From Promethearchaeota archaeon (GTDB lineage: Archaea; Asgardarchaeota; Thorarchaeia; Thorarchaeales; Thorarchaeaceae), in NCBI GenBank assembly GCA_027031765.1, contig JALVPN010000152.1:1-11463 (forward strand): a DNA stretch of 11,463 nt. The letters run 5' to 3'. Positions within the stretch are counted from its first letter, which is position 1, and each line of letters opens with the position of its first letter. The translations under genes and the position numbers were made by a program. The notes beneath the pieces were generated by a model. The model was not told the origin of the DNA. It worked only from the letters and a program-made list of their open reading frames with translations, and made no database searches. Of this stretch, positions 5,395 through 11,463 are shown one piece after another.

Positions 5395-7563
5395 ATGCTG
5401 ACAAAGGAAGAGACCGAACACGCCACCCGGGTCCTCGGGAGGGAGCCCAACAGGACCGAGCTCGCCATGCTGGACGTGCTCTGGTCAGAACACTGCAGCT
5501 ACAAGAGCAGCAAGCGGTGGTTCCACCTGTTCAAGACGGACGGCGAACGCGTGTTCCTCGGCATAGGTGAGGGGGCCGGGCTGGTGGACCTCGGCGATGG
5601 TGTCCTGCTCGGTGTCGCAATGGAGTCCCACAACCACCCCTCACAGGTCGACCCTTACAACGGGGCAGCAACGGGCGTCGGGGGCATCATCCGCGATGTC
5701 ATATCGCAGGGCTGCAAGGCCGTGGGACTGATGAACTGCCTGCGTTTCGGCCCCCCGACCAGGCCACACAATGCACACCTCCTCGAACAGGTGGTCCGCG
5801 GCATCTCCGACTATGGGAACAGCGTGGGCATCCCCATGGTCGGCGGAGAGATAGAGTTCGATGACAGCTACGACTACAACTGTCTTGTGAACGTCGTCTG
5901 CATAGGCGTTGCCACTGCCGACCGCATTGTACGGAGCAGCGCCAGGACACCGGGTCACAGCCTCGTCCTCTTTGGTTCCACCACCGGCCGGGACGGGATT
6001 GCAGGCGTCAGCTTTGCCTCTGAGACCTTCTCCGATACCGAAGAGGAGGACAGGGGCGCGGTGCAGATTGGCGACCCCCTGGCAAAGAAGGTACTCATAG
6101 ATGCCCTTGAAGAGCTGCTGGACGAACACCTCCTGGACGGGCTGCAGGACCTCGGTGGTGGGGGCCTCACATCGGCCGCTGGCGAGATGGCGTCTCGTGG
6201 TGGTACAGGCGTCAACATCGACCTCGGTACCGTGCCGCTCCGTGAGGAGGACATGCAGCCATGGGAGATCATTGTCTCGGAGTCACAGGAGCGGATGCTC
6301 GCCGTTGTGGCACCGGAGAAGGTGGAGCGGGTCCTTGAGGTGCTGGCACAGAACGAGGTGCCGCACGCAGTGATTGGCAGGGTGACCGACGATGGCTACT
6401 ACACGGCGGTAATGGACGGTGAGGTCTGTGCGAGGCTGCCAGTGTCCCTGCTCGTGGACGGGTTCCCGGAGCCGAAGCGAGTGGAGCAGGCCCTGCCGGT
6501 GGAGAGCACATCGCTAGCATGGGTGCGGGGACCTGATGACTATGCGGCAACAGTGAAGCAGCTGCTCGGCTCACTCAACATATGCGACAGGTCGTGGGTG
6601 TACAGTCAGTACGACCAGCATGTGCAGGCGAACACAGTGGTGGACATTGGTGAGAACGCAGGTGTCCTGGAGTTCCCACGGGGCAAGCTTGTAGCGTTCA
6701 CGAGCGACTGCAACTCGTTCTGGTGCCTCCTGGACCCGAAGAGTGGCGCCGCGAACTCGGCCTGTGAGGCACTGCGCAACCTCGTGTCCATGGGTGCAGA
6801 GCCCATACTCATCGCCGACTGCCTGAACTTTGGCAACCCCGAGCACCCGGAGTCATATGCCCAGTTCGTCGAGGCTGTGAGGGGGCTCGGACAGTTCTCC
6901 CACGACTTTGACATCCCAGTTGTGGGTGGGAACGTCTCGCTCTACAACGAGTCGGTGGTCGAGGGCAGGACATTCAGGATAAACCCGACACCACAGATAA
7001 TGATGGCAGGACTGTTCCCTGCGGAGAGCAGGCCAGTGCGCAGGACACTGTGTACACCATGGGCAAACCTGTTCCTCGTGGGCCGCACCCACCGGGAACT
7101 CAACGGCAGCGAGTTCCAGCGGCTCACACTGGGCCACGTCACCGGGCTCCCACCACGGTACCAGCCGGACGACGAGAAACGCACCATGAGGGCCATGCTG
7201 GAGGCCCACGCCGCAGGCCTGATACGCTCGTGCAACAACGTCGGCCGTGGTGGCCTTGCTGTGGCCCTCATGAAGATGGTCCTGTCCGGAGAGTACGGCT
7301 TCAAGGTCAAGCTCGAAGACATACCGGGGACCGCCACAAGCCCCACCGAAATCCTCTTCTCAGAGACGCCATCACGGTACATTGCAGAGGTCACGGAGAG
7401 CAACCAGCCACAGTTCTTCGAGATCATGAGACGTCACAAGGTGCCCGTCGCCGAGCTCGGCCTTACGACACAGGACGCCGTGGCCGACTTTGGACTGTTC
7501 TCGCTCACCATCAGTGAGGCAAGGGAGGCGTACTCCCATGTGTTCGAGCGGTACCTCGACTAG
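5395..7563 (+). CDS. purL: Phosphoribosylformylglycinamidine synthase subunit PurL (small type)
   Basis: [68 protein letters not shown]; 722 aa. RBS-like GAGGTGG overlaps the purQ stop. Confidence 0.98.
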   Translation: MLTKEETEHATRVLGREPNRTELAMLDVLWSEHCSYKSSKRWFHLFKTDGERVFLGIGEGAGLVDLGDGVLLGVAMESHNHPSQVDPYNGAATGVGGIIRDVISQGCKAVGLMNCLRFGPPTRPHNAHLLEQVVRGISDYGNSVGIPMVGGEIEFDDSYDYNCLVNVVCIGVATADRIVRSSARTPGHSLVLFGSTTGRDGIAGVSFASETFSDTEEEDRGAVQIGDPLAKKVLIDALEELLDEHLLDGLQDLGGGGLTSAAGEMASRGGTGVNIDLGTVPLREEDMQPWEIIVSESQERMLAVVAPEKVERVLEVLAQNEVPHAVIGRVTDDGYYTAVMDGEVCARLPVSLLVDGFPEPKRVEQALPVESTSLAWVRGPDDYAATVKQLLGSLNICDRSWVYSQYDQHVQANTVVDIGENAGVLEFPRGKLVAFTSDCNSFWCLLDPKSGAANSACEALRNLVSMGAEPILIADCLNFGNPEHPESYAQFVEAVRGLGQFSHDFDIPVVGGNVSLYNESVVEGRTFRINPTPQIMMAGLFPAESRPVRRTLCTPWANLFLVGRTHRELNGSEFQRLTLGHVTGLPPRYQPDDEKRTMRAMLEAHAAGLIRSCNNVGRGGLAVALMKMVLSGEYGFKVKLEDIPGTATSPTEILFSETPSRYIAEVTESNQPQFFEIMRRHKVPVAELGLTTQDAVADFGLFSLTISEAREAYSHVFERYLD

Positions 7564-7569
7564 GGGGCA

Positions 7570-9021
7570 GTGTTGATGGAAAGAGTACTCGTAATCGCTG
7601 GTAGCAAGAGCGACGCACGCATCGTCGAGAAGGTCACCTCCACACTTGACGCCCTCGGCATCACCTACAGGACCGAGTATGCGTCCGCCCACAGGGAGCC
7701 GGACAGGGTGCGGGAGGTAGTCATGGCCTCGCCAGCAGAGGTCATCGTCGCGGTCGCCGGGCTCGCAGCCGCGCTCCCGGGCTTTGTAGCATCGCTCACC
7801 GACAGGCCGGTAATCGGCGTGCCCGTGTCAGCAGCACTCGGGGGACTCGATGCCCTGCTCTCCATCGCCCAGATGCCAAAGGGAGTGCCTGTTGCCACAG
7901 TCGGGATAGACAACGGCCAGAACGCAGCACACCTGGCAGCGAGGATCCTCACTCTGACGGGTACCGTACAGCCGACAACACCACCGCGCAGCTATGCAGA
8001 GGCTGGTGTGGACGAGGGCGCTGTGCAGGCCGGGCTGTCAGTCCTTGCCGAGTACGTACGCAGGTCGTTCACAGAGAACAGGGTGGTCGAGGACTTTGGT
8101 CACTACGCAAACATGGTGCAGGTGCGAGACGACCTCTGCATCGCCATGTCTACGGACGGCGTTGGTAGCAAGATGCTCGTCGCGGAGATGGCCGGTGACT
8201 ACAGTACTGTTGGCATAGACTGTGTGGCCATGAACGTCAACGACCTCATCTGTGTCGGCGCCGACCCCACCGGCTTTGTCGACTACCTGGCCGTGGAGAC
8301 CCCACCACCGGAGGACGTCCTCAGACAGATCGGGGAGGGGCTGCTCAGGGGGTGCCGCGAGGCCGGCATCCCGGTCCTTGGCGGGGAAACGGCGGTCCTC
8401 CCAGAGATGATACGCGGGACGCGCCCTGGCAGGGGCATCGACCTCGCGGGCACGGCGGTCGGTGTCGTCAGTCCCGACGAGGTCATAGACGGCAGGGACA
8501 TCGCGGAAGGGGACATCATTGTCGGGATACCATCGAACGGGCTGCACTCAAACGGGTTCACGCTGGCACGCAAGGTGCTGCTCTCCCAGTATGCCCTCGA
8601 CGACAGGCTGCCATGGGGCAGGACGGTGGCCGAGGAGATGCTCAGGCCCACGAGGATATACGTGGAACACTTCAGGCGCCTGAAGAGAGCAGGCGTGAGG
8701 GTCAATGGCATAGCCCACATCACGGGTGGGGGGCTGCGGAAAGTGCTGAGGCTCGGCCCGTGGCGGTACGTCCTGAACGCCCGGCTGCGGGTGCCCGAAG
8801 TGTTCACACTGATAGCCGAGGTCGCTGACATACCTGACGAGGAGATGTTCACCACATTCAACATGGGCACCGGCCTCATCATGGTAGTCCCGGAGGACGA
8901 CATATCGTCGGCAGTGAGGACGCTTGAGGGCCTTGGAGAGGTACATGTCCTGGGCCATGTGGAGGCACCCGATGATGGGCCTGCAGTTGTGGTCGAAGAG
9001 AGAGGAGTCGTGATCGAGTGA
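7570..9021 (+). CDS. purE-purM: Fusion of PurE (AIR carboxylase/N5-CAIR mutase, about aa 1-127) and AIR synthetase PurM (about aa 141-483)
   Basis: PurE motifs GSKSD, SAHREP, AGLAAALPG, PVIGVP, DALLSIAQMPKGVPVATV, NAAHLA. Linker TLTGTVQPTTPPR. PurM motifs SYAEAGVD, GHYA, STDGVGSK, GIDCVAMNVNDLICVGA, GGETA, GLHSNG, HITGGG, TFNMG. The start could be GTG 7570, TTG 7573 or ATG 7576. Confidence 0.95.
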   Translation: MLMERVLVIAGSKSDARIVEKVTSTLDALGITYRTEYASAHREPDRVREVVMASPAEVIVAVAGLAAALPGFVASLTDRPVIGVPVSAALGGLDALLSIAQMPKGVPVATVGIDNGQNAAHLAARILTLTGTVQPTTPPRSYAEAGVDEGAVQAGLSVLAEYVRRSFTENRVVEDFGHYANMVQVRDDLCIAMSTDGVGSKMLVAEMAGDYSTVGIDCVAMNVNDLICVGADPTGFVDYLAVETPPPEDVLRQIGEGLLRGCREAGIPVLGGETAVLPEMIRGTRPGRGIDLAGTAVGVVSPDEVIDGRDIAEGDIIVGIPSNGLHSNGFTLARKVLLSQYALDDRLPWGRTVAEEMLRPTRIYVEHFRRLKRAGVRVNGIAHITGGGLRKVLRLGPWRYVLNARLRVPEVFTLIAEVADIPDEEMFTTFNMGTGLIMVVPEDDISSAVRTLEGLGEVHVLGHVEAPDDGPAVVVEERGVVIE

Positions 9022-10343
9022 CGAGAGTACTGCTTGTCGGCAACGGGGCGCGCGAGAACGCCATCGCCTGGGCACTGGTACGCGGCGGAGGCGTCACGCT
9101 GGACGCCATTGTCTCAAGGCCCCACCCGGGGATCTCCCTGCTCGCTGACCGGTGCCATGTGCACCCAATAACCGAGCCCGCAGAGTACCCTGATGTCACG
9201 GGCTACGACTATGCAGTGATCGGCCCGGAAGCACCGCTCGCAGCGGGGGTTGTGGACTTCCTCGAAGAGAGGAGCGTGCCCTGTGTGGGGCCGACACGTG
9301 CTGCAGCCCAGATAGAGACCAGCAAGGTCTTCGCACGACGACTGCTGGCACGCGCAGCGCCGTCCGCAAACCCGACATTCGTGGTGGCTGAGGAAGAGAA
9401 GGACATTACAGACTTCATCGGGGAGGTCGGCCTGTCCAACGTCGTGGTGAAACCGGACGGGCTGACCGGCGGCAAGGGCGTCAAGGTCTTTGGAGAACAC
9501 CTCACCTCGCGTGAGGAGGCAACAGAGTACGCACTGCACCTGGTCAACAAGGACGGGCGGGTGATACTGGAGGAGAAGCTTGTCGGCAGAGAGTTCACAG
9601 TGCAGTGCTTTGTCGACGGGGCCCACCTGGTCCACATGCCACTGGTGCGGGACTACAAACGCGCCTACGACAATGATGTGGGACCGAACACCGGCTCGAT
9701 GGGCTCGTACTCTCAGCCAGACCACATGCTCGACTACGTCAGCAGCAGCGACCTTGAGGAGGCCCTGCGCATAATGCGGGCGAGCACCGCAGAGCTCCAC
9801 CGCACGACCGGTGAGAGGTACAGGGGCATCCTGTACGGCCAGTTCATGAGGACGGAGAGCGGCGTGAAGGTGGTGGAGTTCAACGCCCGCTTCGGAGACC
9901 CGGAGGCGCTGAACGTGCTGGTACTACTTGACGGGCCACTCGATGATGTGTGCAGGCGCATAGTAGAGGGGAACGTGTCGCGGCCGCGGTTCAGGGAAGA
10001 GGCCACCGTGTGCGTGTACGTGGTACCCGAAGGGTATCCGGGGCCGGATGTCGTAAAGGACAGCCCACTCACCTTCACAACGCCCACCGGAGAGGCCCCA
10101 CAACCAGAGGTGGCATGGCTGCGCGGGGGCACGGGTGCGGACGGACAGCCCTACCACACGCACATGTTCTTCGCGTCCGTGTACACTGACACCGAGGGGC
10201 GGGTGCGTACGACTGGTAGCCGCTCACTGGCAGTTGTCGGGCTCGGCGGCTCTGTGAGAGAGGCACGTGAGAGGGCGTATGCTGATGTCGGACGAGTACA
10301 CGGGGCCGTGCGGTTCCGGACGGACATTGCAGCAGGGGTGTGA
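9018..10343 (+). CDS. purD: Phosphoribosylamine-glycine ligase (GAR synthetase)
   Basis: VLLVGNGARENAI, GPEAPL, AAQIETSKVFA, VVKPDGLTGGKGV, EEKLVGREF, DYKRAYDND.GPNTGSMGSY, EFNARFGDPE, GYP. GTG start overlaps the purE-M stop (GTGA). Confidence 0.97.
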   Translation: MTRVLLVGNGARENAIAWALVRGGGVTLDAIVSRPHPGISLLADRCHVHPITEPAEYPDVTGYDYAVIGPEAPLAAGVVDFLEERSVPCVGPTRAAAQIETSKVFARRLLARAAPSANPTFVVAEEEKDITDFIGEVGLSNVVVKPDGLTGGKGVKVFGEHLTSREEATEYALHLVNKDGRVILEEKLVGREFTVQCFVDGAHLVHMPLVRDYKRAYDNDVGPNTGSMGSYSQPDHMLDYVSSSDLEEALRIMRASTAELHRTTGERYRGILYGQFMRTESGVKVVEFNARFGDPEALNVLVLLDGPLDDVCRRIVEGNVSRPRFREEATVCVYVVPEGYPGPDVVKDSPLTFTTPTGEAPQPEVAWLRGGTGADGQPYHTHMFFASVYTDTEGRVRTTGSRSLAVVGLGGSVREARERAYADVGRVHGAVRFRTDIAAGV

Positions 10344-10386
10344 CCAGCACCCCCATAGAAGACCAGGACTGGAGGAGAGGTCACCG

Positions 10387-10470
10387 GTGGACACAGACCG
10401 CCCGCACTGGCCACAGCACACGGACACGTACACGTACGTGAGAGCCCAGCCCAGAGTGTGGACACGATGA
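10387..10470 (+). CDS. Candidate 27-aa upstream ORF translationally coupled to guaA
   Basis: GGAGGAGAGGT at 10371-10381, then 5 nt, then GTG. Reads MDTDRPHWPQHTDTYTYVRAQPRVWTR and its TGA overlaps the guaA ATG (ATGA). No homology evidence. Confidence 0.3.
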   Translation: MDTDRPHWPQHTDTYTYVRAQPRVWTR

Positions 10471-11463
10471 GAGCAAGAGAGAGAGTCTATGTTGTGGACT
10501 TCGGGGGACAGTACACGCACCTCATAGCCCGCAGGTGCAGGGAGCTGGGGGTCTACGCGGAAATCGTCAGCGATGAGACCGTGCTCCGCCCCGAGATGCT
10601 CACCGGTGTCAGGGGAGTGATACTCTCAGGCGGGCCACGCACTGTGACAGAGGACGACCTGGACGGCCCCTTCAAGTCCAACATCCGCCTCCTCCAGGGC
10701 TACCGGGTCAAGGTCCTCGGCATCTGTTTCGGACACCAGCTCCTCGGTGCCTGGCTGGGCGCACAGCTGGCCCCGGGTGGCAACCCCGAGTACGGACAGA
10801 CCACCATCCGTGTGCTCGACCGTGAGGATCTGCTCCGGGAGTTCAACGACGAGCACACTGTGTGGATGAGCCACAGCGATGAGATCACGGCCCTGCCGGA
10901 GGGAGTAACGGCGCTCGCCGTCAGTGGTGAGGAGCATGTGGCAGCATTTGCGGACCGACAGCGCGGGGTCTTCGGCGTCCAGTTCCACCCTGAAGTCGCC
11001 CACACGCCCCGTGGAGAGACCGTGCTCAGGGCGTTTCTCCGGGAGGTCTGCGGGTACACCGAGACCTGGACGCCGGCCAGCACGAGGGACGCGATAGTGG
11101 CACGCATCCGGGCACAGGTGGGTGACGGACGTGTGCTCATGGCGACGAGCGGTGGCGTCGACTCCACAGTGGCCGCCTACCTCATCCGGATGGCAGTGGG
11201 CGACCGTCTGCACTGTGTGTTCGTCGACAACGGCCTGCTGCGTCGCGGCGAGCGCGAGGAGGTCGTCAGTGCCTTCGCTGACATGGGCTTCGAACACTTC
11301 ACATGGGTCGATGCAGGCGACAGGTTCCTGACAGCACTCAGGGGTGTCGAGGACCCCGAAGAAAAACGACGTATCATAGCCGAGATGTTCATCCGCGTGT
11401 TCGAAGAGAAGGCACGACAGCTCGAAGAGGAGTACGGCAAGTTCGACTTCCTCGGGCAGGGGA
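10467..11463 (+). CDS. guaA: GMP synthase (glutamine-hydrolysing), single-chain GATase + ATP-pyrophosphatase form, truncated by the window edge
   Basis: Manual translation MRARERVYVVDFGGQYTHLIARR...ILSGGP...GICFGHQ...WMSHSD...GVQFHPEV...VLMATSGGVDSTVAA...VFVDNGLLR...DPEEKR...FLGQG. GATase triad and PP-loop are in one frame. Confidence 0.97.
   Translation, partial: MRARERVYVVDFGGQYTHLIARRCRELGVYAEIVSDETVLRPEMLTGVRGVILSGGPRTVTEDDLDGPFKSNIRLLQGYRVKVLGICFGHQLLGAWLGAQLAPGGNPEYGQTTIRVLDREDLLREFNDEHTVWMSHSDEITALPEGVTALAVSGEEHVAAFADRQRGVFGVQFHPEVAHTPRGETVLRAFLREVCGYTETWTPASTRDAIVARIRAQVGDGRVLMATSGGVDSTVAAYLIRMAVGDRLHCVFVDNGLLRRGEREEVVSAFADMGFEHFTWVDAGDRFLTALRGVEDPEEKRRIIAEMFIRVFEEKARQLEEEYGKFDFLGQG

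Noticed and set aside
999-11440. Remaining short or overlapping ORFs in the supplied track on both strands
   Set aside because: Nearly all overlap well-supported genes in other frames or fall in repeat-rich intergenic DNA. Their Arg/Ser/Pro-rich compositions are typical of high-GC shadow frames.

Overview
High-GC (roughly 60-65% by eye) archaeal DNA. The PurP-family enzyme, archaeal-type PurM, GGAGGTGA-type ribosome-binding motifs and AGG/ATA codon use indicate an archaeon. An Asgard (Thorarchaeia-like) origin is my inference, not a database result. Left part: a minus-strand WD40 beta-propeller gene missed by the ORF track (start 1272/1245/1209, runs off the left edge). It has 2 degenerate repeats plus at least 8 near-identical 120-bp/40-aa repeats whose differences cluster at the top-face binding positions, and its start region is triplicated by tandem duplications. 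A divergent 147-aa membrane protein gene follows, with repeat-rich intergenic DNA on both sides. Right part: a co-oriented purine cluster purP-like, purC::purS fusion, purQ, purL, purE::purM fusion, purD, guaA (fused GMP synthase, truncated by the window edge; also missed by the ORF track). Most interesting: the homogenised but site-variable WD40 array, and the two unusual Pur fusions.
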